This document shows, in pieces, positions 47,518 to 59,500 of a stretch of 64,000 bases of DNA (position 1 is its first letter; each line of letters begins with the position of its first letter). The notes below the pieces were generated by a model. It saw nothing but the letters and a program-made list of their open reading frames with translations. It was not told the origin of the DNA and did no database searches. Source of the stretch: Aplysia californica. Lineage: Eukaryota. Both the position numbers and the translations under genes were made by a program. The DNA is taken from contig NW_004797435.1 of assembly GCF_000002075.1 (NCBI RefSeq), positions 603,452-667,451 of the forward strand, read 5' to 3'.

Positions 47518-50500
47518 CTAATTGATCCTTCTATGCCTCAGTTCGGCCACAAAATCCACATTTTGTTCATCTTCAGCTTGTAAAAAATCTGCTGGTTCCT
47601 GCACAATAGGGAGGTCATAGAGATCGAGGTCAGCGTCATCTTGATCGGTTGACTTCGTTTGATTGCCTGCAGGAGAGAATTGTGGGAGGTTCAGGACAAC
47701 ACAGAAGATCATCAGCTCAGCTGTGACAGACTGTTCACTTTACACTCAGAAGCCCAAGTACAGAGTCTATTTCCAGTTAATATGATTTTGGCCATGTGCA
47801 GTTTGCTATGTAGAATTTGTTACGAGAACAATTTGAAATAATTCAAAAGCAGTATGACACAATTAGACCATACTTTTTAATGTTTCTACTCCCCACAACT
47901 GGTGCATTATAGAAATTGTCATTGTGGAGAAAACAAAGAAAAATATTCACAGTTGCTTGTTGAGTCAGCCAGTGAGGTTGACAAAAAAGTTTTTGCTAAC
48001 AAAGAAAAAGAAAAAAGGCACAGTGACAGAGGTACTCAATTTTTTAACAGGACAGCTAGAGAAACTTTATCAGAGATCAATTAGACAAGATTCATCTGCA
48101 CTACAGTTACAAGCATAAGGTAAAAAAAAAAATGACAGTAGCAATGTGATTTTAACATCTAGGTGTCACTGTCAGCATCAAGATATAATACTATCTGTGA
48201 ACTACAAAGGGGAGCCAAGTTAACTGAAGTTCATTCATTATGAAAAAATATTATTCATACTGATTCATTCATTAAAAAAAAAATCTGACTCTCACATATA
48301 GAGGTCTCTGGCTAATAGCTCACTCATCAGGTGAGGAGAAAAATGAGCTCTTTTGCAAATGTTGAACGAGAACTATCTAGTAAGTACAGTCGAACCTGCC
48401 ATATAACAGAAGTCTGTCCAAGGTGGAAACATGTCATTAAGAAATCTCCCAGCCTTACTTGAAACATAACTTCCAAATTAAGTTCCATCAGCTCTAATCT
48501 TTACACCACATTGCCAGGTGAAGAAGGGAACAACGGGGGAAGGGGTGAGGTTTGTGGGTAGCTGTTACCCCGTCCATGTGATCTCCCAAGTGGTGCAGAT
48601 GATCAAGATGGTGTGGGTGTGAAATCTCACCACTGCCTGTCTATAAAGTGGTAAAGTGTCGCCCCAGCATGTAAACTTTCTTTGGAAGCCAGAGGTGTGA
48701 AATTTGACCACTGCCTGCCCCCTGGTCATATGGCCAGCTAAGAATCAAGTTCCATGAAATGTTGTTTTGTGCAGGGGAGGGGTGCCATTGTTGATTGTGC
48801 TTATTACATTGGTGGGGCCAAATGTGGAAGCAAAGGAACATTCAATCGTTTCTGTCTTTAATTAGTCAAACAGCTGTCCTAATGAGATACAAACACTGAT
48901 GGCAATGGATTAGTAACACTGACAGCAAGGGATTAGTAAAACTGACACATGCCATTATCAGAGCGGCTAGGATAGCACTTGGGAGGTGTGAAGTTTTTAC
49001 CACTGCTTGCACACTAGACAGGCAACCCTTGGTCCCACTGTGCACAGCTGGCTCTCTGGACCCCCTACCTTGAGACGGAAAATGTCTAAAACTCAAGATG
49101 GAATTTTTATTAGGTTCCCTTATTTGCAATTCCATCTTCAACAGGTTAGACAGTATTTTGTCAAATTTCTATGACTGATGTGAACCACATCCCATCTGAT
49201 TACATGTGGTTGAGTTCCTTTGTTCAACTGAGCTGGCCTCGAGGTGTGAAGTTTTCCTATGCTGAGTGATTACAGACAATGACCATCATAATCACCACAC
49301 AGCCCTTTGACATAGTCCGCCCTCCATGCATGGCTGGTCTTTGGCTTTCTTCATTATACAATTCTGTCTCACACCATGTCCCTATGTCTTTTTACTCCTT
49401 ACAAAGCCAAAATTTCAAGAAAGAAAGGGGCGTATAATGTGTTTGCTTTGCTTCCATCAGTTTCAAGCAAAATCAGTTGTTTTACGGCGGATCTGTTTCT
49501 GACACTTGCACAATAGACATTTTTGAACCATTGTTCCAAGAAAGTGACTATTAGCAAAGTAACTACTAACAACTAGTAAATTCACCGCTTGACAATGATG
49601 AGCTAATAAAATCAACATGTCTTACTCTTACTTTCATCCAGTGATTCCTTGTCCTCATCATTTCTACTGCTGCTTGAAACTTCTGCCTCAACAACCTCCT
49701 CACTCATGTTCTCATCCTGCCTCCTCTGATTTCCCCCCTGCATCGCTTCCAGCTCCAGGGTTTGGGAAATGACCCGTAGTGTCTCCGCTTTCTTGTATAT
49801 GGCAAGCAGGAGGAAAGCTGTGATGATCATGGCATTGTAGAGGATGCCACCCAGTGCACTCATCATTGGCCAGTAGTAAAGGATGTATCTGTCAAGAATA
49901 GATTATATTTTAAGGATATTATATATTTTTTAAACAAAGCACCTTATAATCTGATGAGAAAAGGTTAGAATTTGAACAAAGATAATACATAATTTTCTAG
50001 TTTCACTGTAGAAAAATTAGAACAGAAAATTGGAACATTTCTATTTCTGTGCTGAGATTAAGTTCAACTAAAATCCTTAGAAAAAATAAAACAGGAAACA
50101 GCACTATATATTATACATTTTCCTGTTTCTAAACTGACACAAAATTCAACTAAAATCATTAAAATCTTTCAAGTGACATTCAAGCAACATTGATCCCACT
50201 AAGCCTAAAATACAACTGGGAAAACAAGAGCACTTTACAAGTAAACATAATTCCTTCTTGTTTTAGATGTCTTTCAAGTTGCAGTATTGATAAAGACTAC
50301 AAGACCTGTAACATGCGACTCTCAATATGGTCACTGAGAAAGGAATTAACTTTTCAAACAAAAACCTAAAGTTAAAGTTGATTCCAGAGCTCTGATTTAA
50401 AACCAAACCTGACATTGAGGCACTCTCAAAGAACAGATCAAAATTCACTACAGTTATGCAAAATGCATCACTTTGATTAATTATTTGCTCCAACAGATTT

Positions 50501-53500
50501 CACACTACAATTCCACACTCACTTGAGTCCAGAGAAATTTGCAAAGAACTTCAACCTTGCTGAGTAAAACTGTATCATGTGACTCTGGATTTCAATCTTG
50601 GCTCCAACAGAAGGGTGATACTGTGATATAAAAGTAAAAACATTGTAGGGCAACAGTCACTACACAATTACAACCCTCCTTTCCTTTGAACAGCCACCGA
50701 CTCTGAAAGAAATATGTTTGTGACAGAGCAGGGCGACGACTTGTCACAGTCCCTCATCCTGTTCTTAACTCAACATGATTTTTTCCAGCCCTTATACTAG
50801 CTTCAAAAAGCATGCCTAAAACATATATTGGAAGACAAGCACTCTTTTTTAACAACCATGTATTTTTATTAATTTTTAACTAACCACAACTGTTTAAATA
50901 GTAATTTTACCCCCCCCCCCCCCCCCCCATAACATTACAACCTAGACTAAATACATACATAATCATCCACAAAGTAAGAAAATAACTCCACATCCAGCAA
51001 TTGTTTCTGTTCCATCAACTCAAAGAAGTAGAAAGGGCTGAGTACAAACACGTCCAACATCCTCATCACCAGTGATCTGTACTTGGGCATTGCCTGAAGA
51101 TAGACACATTCATCTCTACAAATATCAGATAATTTCATGTTAAAAAAAAAAATTTAGTTTTAGTAAGAGTTATACGGCACTTGCAACACAATAAGGTCAT
51201 ATAAGTGTCGAAGATTAGAGGTGTTACAAGAGAGTAACAAACACAAAAAAGAAGGAGGGGAGATAGAGATGATAGATTTTTTATAGGAAAGAAGGAGCAA
51301 ACCACACCAGAGCACCCATCAACCACCTACAAAAAATCTTTATCACGAATAGACATACAAAAAGCTATGACTTTAGAAGACCATTAATGAATAAAGATCT
51401 TTGCAATTATAGGTCACACACTACAAATAACCACTATGTGACTAACCCTAAGAAATTATGTCCGCATGAAATCTTCAAAAGTGAACTTCTAACATACAAA
51501 AAGTAAAAAGTCTATAGAAGACCTTCCTTCCTTTTTGTACCTTAGCCATGCAAAGCAGTTAACATTGCTATAAAATCTTCCTTGCCTTCAAGGTGTCATT
51601 TATGATAATTACTTTGTTTTGATAATCTTTTTTTTATCTATATGAATTTTGTCCTTTACATCTTCATGATCAGTCTATTATTCTATCACTTTGTGAGTAC
51701 ATTTACAGTGGAAGAGAAACAGAGAGAGAGAGAGGACATGAGAATATGTGTGTTCAAATGTATGCATAAAAAATACCAATTATATTCTTGCATAGCTAAA
51801 TACTGAAAGCACACTACCAGTTTCTTCTAAAGGAGTAAGAATAGTTCTGTCCACCCCGGTCATAATCAGTCATAAGACACAATGTGCTATTTGGAAGTAC
51901 GAGGCTCAAAAAGGCTAAAAAGTGACTTTCCATGAATTTTTTGTTTTTTGGATCTATTGAAAATTTAAAGTCTTCTGCTTCATTTAAGATCAAAATAAAC
52001 AACTATAGTCGACTATAAATATTTTATTTTGATTTATTTTGGAGGTGTGTGTGTGTGGTTTGTTGAGAGCTTGGTTGACAAGATAAAGGAATTTGGACCT
52101 CAAACCCTTTCGAATATTTGACCTGCTGGTGTGTAGCTGTGGGGTTATTTATAGAACCATTATCTCATGGCCACATTGCTTCAGCGTCCTTCATTCACCC
52201 CTCTTTTTAGATTTAGACCCCTTTTCAAGCATGAACGGTCTGAAATATAAACAACGTAACGTCACTATGAACGGCTGAAGGCTCTGATCGGTTAAACGAA
52301 GTAAGTACGGTAACTCCTAGCCCACATCAAGCTTGTTTACGTAAACAGCTGACTGTGTAAGCGTGCCCTGCTTGCTCAGTTATGGGCTGTTGATCTTTCA
52401 GTTTTACACTTCAATTGACTTTAAAAGTTCATTTTTATTGTGTTTTAGTGGGTATTTTTTAAAGATTGATCTTCCTCTAGATCTCCCAAGGTGGACTCCT
52501 TACCAAGTAGCCACAGAAGCGGTCAATGTGAATGTGTGTGTGTATGTTTGTGTATGTGTGTATTTGTGTGTGCATGTGTGTGTGTGTATGTGTGTGTGCG
52601 CTCGTGTGTTCATAGTGCTATTGCAAACGTATAATTAGGAAGCGTAAACACGGCATGTAAGCCGACTCGTAGACATCTGAGCACATGGTTTTGGTGAAAT
52701 CGAGGTAATTCAGATCCCTTTTTCTTTGCTCTTTCGCTATAACACATCAAATGCTGTACACCTTGAAAAAGTCTTAAGCATTTTTCGTTACAATAGCGTA
52801 ATTTGTTAGTTTGAAGAAAGAAAGATGATTAAATACCGGCTTTTCATCGGCAAACAACTTCTTTAGAGTTCTGAATGGGGCTTCGCGTGGTATATTTTTG
52901 GCCTTTGGCGTTTAAATAGAAAGCCTTTAAAAAGTGTGCAAGTTTTCAAGGATCATTTTTAACACGAATTATGTAAAATACCGACTAAAAAAAGGTACCA
53001 ATAGAAAAAACAGTTCTTTTTCTATTAGAATAAAGTCATCGGCTTGAAATTGTTTTGCATCAATCCTTCCGTGGAACTTCGGGGAGCACTCATTACACTA
53101 CAGTTAGAGCAGATTCGCTCACCGTGGGGACCGGTGCAGTGCCAGCCGGGTCAAAGCTCGGAGTTTTTTAAAATCGAAATAATGACAGATCATCGTGTTT
53201 GAGGCAATAAAATACTGATTTGTAATGATCTCACAGTTTGAAAAAATTAGGCTCCAATTCTATGTTATAGTGATTGTACTCTGTTAATGTGGAGATGTTT
53301 GGTGCACTTGGTACTCTTTTATTATCTGTCAAACATGGGGATGCAGCCAATTAGCGATTTCAGCAATATTCGATTATTTATTAAATTTAAACAGCCGCCA
53401 TTTTCTAAAAAATTGACCGAGAGGTAAAAGTATGGTATCAAAATTCACAGCCAGTGGTTCCTTCTCCTCCAATTTAATTGCCGAACAACAGGCTATCACC

Positions 53501-56500
53501 AAGACAGCAAACTACATCAACTACTTGTTTGACACTAACCTATTTGCTACCACAGATATATGTTATATCTTTACAGACAGCCTTTCAACACTAGAGACAC
53601 TTGAGAGTGGGACTGATGTGAACAAAGATATATCACACTTGATTTGGAGTCTACATAATTTGATAAGTAGGCACCAGATCAGACTAGTCCCACAATGGAT
53701 TCCTGCCCACACTGGGATACCGGGAAATAAAATAAAAGAGCTGATGCTCTAGCAAAGAAAGGAGCTAGCCTCCCTCAGCCTGATACTCCTACTGATTACA
53801 CCACCTGCTGCCAAATGATTAAGTCAAACCTCAAGGAAGACTGGATGAACGATTGGGCCACAGGTACGACAGGAAGGATGATGTATGGCCACATGAATAA
53901 GCCACTGGTCACAGATCCAATCAATGAGTTAAGGAGGGGAGATCAATCCATAATCTTCCAACTTAGACCACAACATCTACCCCTCAATCAACATCTCAAC
54001 CGAATTGCAGTAAAGCAGTCTGCTGCCTGCCCACTATTATGTGACTACCCCTCGGAGACAGTGGAACATAATCTGTTCTTCTGTAGAAAACTCTGATTTA
54101 AGGGGATGTTTTCTTCCCAAGCTACCCCACACATCTAACTGCCTCCACTCCTCAAGACAACATTACAATTAGAAATTTATTACAGAATGGCATCATGCAG
54201 AAGAGTTAACGCTCAGATGCTACTAGATCGCTAACAACAACAACTACAAATTCACAGAAGACACAGGCCTTTCATACGGAACAGACAAATTTGACATACA
54301 GCTACTTTGAAAATCTAGTTTCTGGTACCTAGTAGGGTCTACAATGCTTACCATTTGTTGCATCTGACGTGAAAACTATTCTCATTAAAATTTTGTTTTG
54401 TCCTTAAGCTTTTTTTCTGTAAATGTCTTCGACTTCTGTGTATTACCTTGTAGTTGCATAGCCAAGATAACTGCTAAATTTCAAGACTCTATCTCAATTC
54501 TAAGACCCCTGTTGCTATGGAAACATGTTGCACAACTTCAGAGCCAGTTTTCTCCTTTTCGTGTTTCCACACCTTGCATACTTAAAAGTTCCATATTTTC
54601 TTCAAATATTGTCTTATTTACTTCATTTTTTTTCAAACTGTATTGAAATAGTGATAGTATTTGGAAACTATGTTAAATAAATTTTGAAATTTCCTTTATA
54701 TGACTGATTTTGACCGGAAGGGTCGCAGTTTACAATCCCTTAACAAACTTATCTTAAGCTGATGTTTATTCTTCTAACAGAGTACAAAGACTCTTTTAAC
54801 TGTCCAAAACAGAAGCGGTACATCACGTCGTTACAGTTACAGTACTCACAGTGCGCTTTGACTCTGCAGAAATGTAGCCGTCTCGGTCATACATCTGCAT
54901 CATCACCTGGAACATACCTGGGCCAAGCAGAACAGTAAAAATGAGAAATAGACTACAAATAAAGTACTTCCTCTACATACCGTACTTGAAGATAGCATGA
55001 GAAAATAGAACACTTGTTTCATACAGTTCTGAAGCAAACAGTCCTTCTAAATAGAACACAACGTCAGTGTGATATCGTATTAGCTTACGTCAGACTTAGC
55101 TTAAAAGTAAATTGACCCACGTGGCATATCTTACACAATAGTCTACCTTTAATCTATTTTACTTTACTCCACCTTTTCCTTCCTCTTGCATCGATAGATG
55201 TCAAAAGCAAATGAAATTTTCTGTCCAAGGCTAGATGAATGGCTTCCTTTGTAGCGATATTATTCTGTAGGAGTACCTCTTTGATACCATCCAGCCAGGT
55301 CTTCATGGTCTACGCATACCTTTATAACCTGATTCTCTTGCATTGTATGCTTGTGCAGCTAGTTTGATTGGGAGGCAATCTCATCAGGTGACCGAATCAC
55401 TTAACTTTTTGATGTTCAACACACTCCACTACAGTGGAATCCTGTTATAACGAGAGGGAGGGGACCGAAGCAAAATGTCCGTTATAGCAGGATTCTCGCT
55501 AAAAAGGGATCCAGTAATAAATTCTAGGGAAACTGTAAAGTAGGCCTATTCTATGAGTTTGGGGTTCTGTTTTTCCTTTTGCTATCTCCCCTGATGATGA
55601 TTTTGTTTCATTCTAGCGCGAGATCTAGCGATGTGGACTGACAGCTCAGCGTTGGCGATCAGAAAGAAAGGGCTCTGGGCTAACTCGCCCGCTGTGTTTC
55701 CCCCCCACCCCACCCCACCCTGTTGTGCATTCTGTCTGCTTGCGCCTGTCCCACATTCGCTCCATCCATCACATTGCTGTGACCTCTCCAACCCCGCATC
55801 GGAGAAGTGAGAGGCATGGCAGGCCTTGATAATCTAAACTGGCCTATCTCGCGATGCGCTCTGCTTGTCTGCGCACGCCACATCCTCCCTACTCAATTGC
55901 TCTGGCCTTCATTGTTGACACACATGGGCTCTCCTATTCTTTGTTTCGCAAGATCAGCAACAAGTTTCTCAACTGGTGAGGTTTTACATAATGTATAATT
56001 GGCCTATGCACTGTGCACAGCAGCAGCAATATTCCGCTATAACCGACTCGCGTGTTTGTCTGATAGCGCTATAGCAGTATTTTATTTACAAAGATAAAGA
56101 GGAGAAAAAACGGGGTTTAAGAATAGTGTCTTTATAACAGACTTCTCGTTTTTTCCGGACTCGTTATAAGTGGACTCCACTGTACTATTGATTTACAAAA
56201 CAGTTTAGTTCATTCCGCACTCTTTCCTTGTGATACTGATTAATTTTTTGAGGCACTTCATCTCACAGGCAAATATCTACCATTACGAGAGAAGAAAATT
56301 TGAACAAAATCAGGGAAATGCTATCTTAAAAATTTACTCCAGGCTCTGACAAATGATTTGGACCATGAAAGTAGCAAGTTGAAGGTAAATCCAATTAGTA
56401 TGAAAAGTGGCTTTCGATTTTAAGATCAAAGGGAGACCAGCACAAAAATATTTTCAATAAAATGCTGACAACATAAAAAATTGATTCTAAGCATTCTCAT

Positions 56501-59500
56501 GCAGCAGTCACTAGAGCTGCCTACATATACAGACAATGCAAAAGCTGGTGGTGTCTGCAGCTCTCAAAGTAACTGTAACAACAAGTACAAGACTTCAGCT
56601 TTAAAATCTACAGTTTCAAATGCTTTTACATTAAAATGAACAACAGAAATGACTAATTTTAAATGCAAACATCCCAGAGATAAAAAGAAACCTTCAACTA
56701 CTGCTCTGTGCAAACAAATTCTTTTTATAACCAAAGCGATCACATTCAGACCGCCAATGAAGGAAACTATGGAACAAAAGCATTACGGCCACGAACTCAC
56801 CCAAGTTCCTGTTTGTTGGTGTGTCTGGCATATCCAAGTCCAGAACCACACGATAATACTGCCCAGCTCCAAGAATCTAATTTTTAAAAAAATAAATAAA
56901 GATGGATGTTCTTGATTTTTTAAAAAGGTTAGTAGTCCCCTGTCACTCTCATTTCAACGATTCTTATCATATCATTTTTGGGTAAAAAGAACTTACGTGG
57001 GAGGAGGAAACTAACAGGGTAACTTGGTTTTATTACACAGGAAAACCCCACCAGTCACACAAGGTCATTTCATGTTTTTGCACAACACAAAGACAGCGGA
57101 AAGCTGATATTTTTCAGACATGTTGCAGAAAACATAGATGGATCCTGGATATACAGCTAATTTTTCCACTTTTCAGATAAAGGGAAGAAACTGTTTAACT
57201 TGACTATATATCATCTTATAACGTTAAAAATTGACATGCATTTTTCTTTTCTAACGGCCACTGCATTTTTGTTTTGATTTTACCAAAACAGAGATATTAG
57301 ATTTAGTACCACCAAACAAAATTAAAGGCGAGTTGCATTTTGGCAACACTCTGATTACAATTTGCTAGCATAGCGACAATAAGATATTGACTATATTAAA
57401 GAAATAATTCAAGAAAATAATTAAACTAAGGAAAAGAAAGAGGGGTATGTGAAAACCCCCCCAGACACAAACCTCAATCAAACTACATAAGTAGATTGAA
57501 GATTCAACAAACCAAACAAGAACAGTCAAAGATTTTAGACATTTTATTGAAACCAGGGAGTGCAAGCTCTCCAAGCAGAATTATAATATGCTTGATTAAT
57601 GAAATTGAATGAGCATTGACAAAGAGCAAGACCTTGAAAGAAAGAGCAAGTAAAGCTCCGCCTAAATGCATAAAAGTTATACAGTAGTCTCCACTTAAGA
57701 TCCCGGTGCTCGGGAGCAGGGAATATGCGGGATCTTAGGTGAACAGGATCTTAGCCGATGCACCAAAGAAAGAACCTACGGTGACCCATGTTAAGGCCCA
57801 CAACCAGTAAAATGGTTTCTCTCCCTTCTAAAATGAACTGATGTGACCCCTGGGTGGGTTTCTGACTTATGGTGAGCAAAGATTGCAAAACCTTGATGAC
57901 CAATCACAGTGACATGAGGCATGCCATTTCCACTTATTATCCTGTCGTGGGCCTCAAGATCTACGCTGATACAATTGTCCCTCCCCTTTAAACCTGTCTT
58001 AAGTTTATAACTCTCCATCTCTGACTGAGTTCCCTCACTTTTGTCGTTATGCATCATTATGCTGTTACCACACCAATCAAAATTAAGTTTGTCTCGCAAA
58101 TTCGGGAGAAGGGGTAACAGCTGCAATGATCTAGGAAGAGTTTACAGTTCAATGTGATCCCGCCTGGAGCGAACTTGTAGGCCCTGCCCACCCAGCGAGT
58201 GATATAAGTTTAGTTGGAAAGCTCAGATGCAAGTGCGATGTTTGGGGAAAACAACTGCGTTAGTCAGTTCACACTTCGGTGTGGTCCCGTCGGAGCAAAC
58301 ATTGTACCGTTTCAATGTGATCACATTCACAAGAGCGGCTGATTTTTGACATGTGGGGCAGTTTAATGATCTCAACTTTTCACTTTTGATTGATCGGCGG
58401 TGCCCGCCCTGGTTTTTGTTCCAAAAATTTATTAAATTATGAGCTGAAATGCAGGATCTTAGCCGAATGTAGAACTTCAAAGTGAATCAGAGCTTTTGTA
58501 TAGTAAAAATTCTGATTTCTCAAAACAGCGGGATCTTAAGCAAACTGGGATTGTAAGCAGGGGGACCTTAGGCAGAGACTTTTGTATTTACAAAGGAATT
58601 AAAAGTTATAGCAAAAGAAAGTGCCAAAATAAATATTTCAGTGTACGGCGTTTGACTATAAATTGGGACAATAATTATAACTGCACCCCCCTTCCTTGTT
58701 GTGGTGCCTTAAAGAAAGGATAAACAAACCTCTTTTCTAGTCCCATCTTGGTTCCAAAAAGTGATGTTTGCCGATGGAAAGGAACATAGTCCATGCCCTG
58801 TAGGACAAACACTATGGGAAAAAAGAAGAATAAGTGTGTAAAATGTCAATTCATATTTGGAAACTGAGCACTGAGGAGAAAAAAAAATCTTCATGGGACA
58901 GGCTACAAAGTTTGGTATTATATAATTACTTAGTACCTGTCTTATGTTCAGATATTCTATAGCACTTTTCTTGTTCATTTTTATATATTTCACTTTTTGC
59001 AACAAACTGAGGGATTTCATGCGCATGCCTCCCTGTATATTACCTTAAATTTGATGTTTAGTAATTAGGTTTGATATTTTCTTGAAAACAATTGATTTGT
59101 GATGGTTTCAGTGGCCATAAATATGCGTGTTCAGCAGCAAAAAAAAAAAATCAGTTTAGCCTCTTGTGTGTAGATGCAAAAGTAAAATTTTACCCAAAGT
59201 TCAGAGTGGCTGACAGTATACTATCTGATTACAAAGTCCACCAGAACAAGTGAACCAACTTGTCTATCTTTGAACTATATAAAAAAAAAGTCAGCTAAAA
59301 ACACACATAGTGGTCATAATAATATAAAACACAGCACCCTCGGGATGCAAATCCCCAAAATTGTACCAAACTGCTCAGTTGCTTTGGAAAAATGAGTTTC
59401 ATAAAGCAGCAGCATCTCTTCAATTCAGCTTCAAACAACACAGACCTAAACTCCCATATAAGATAAGATCTGTCCCAACAATTTCCATTTTCAAAAATCA

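Noticed and set aside
48984-49015. Iron-responsive element (CAGTG loop with a bulged C on the minus strand)
   Set aside because: The upper stem is 3 bp and the loop 12 nt, instead of 5 bp and 6 nt. The other motif copies do not fold this way.
52080-54745. Large DNA transposon hosting the LINE fragment
   Set aside because: The CpG-rich, TE-like composition and a TTAA-bounded right end are suggestive, but I could not match a convincing left TIR or TSD, so it is not called.
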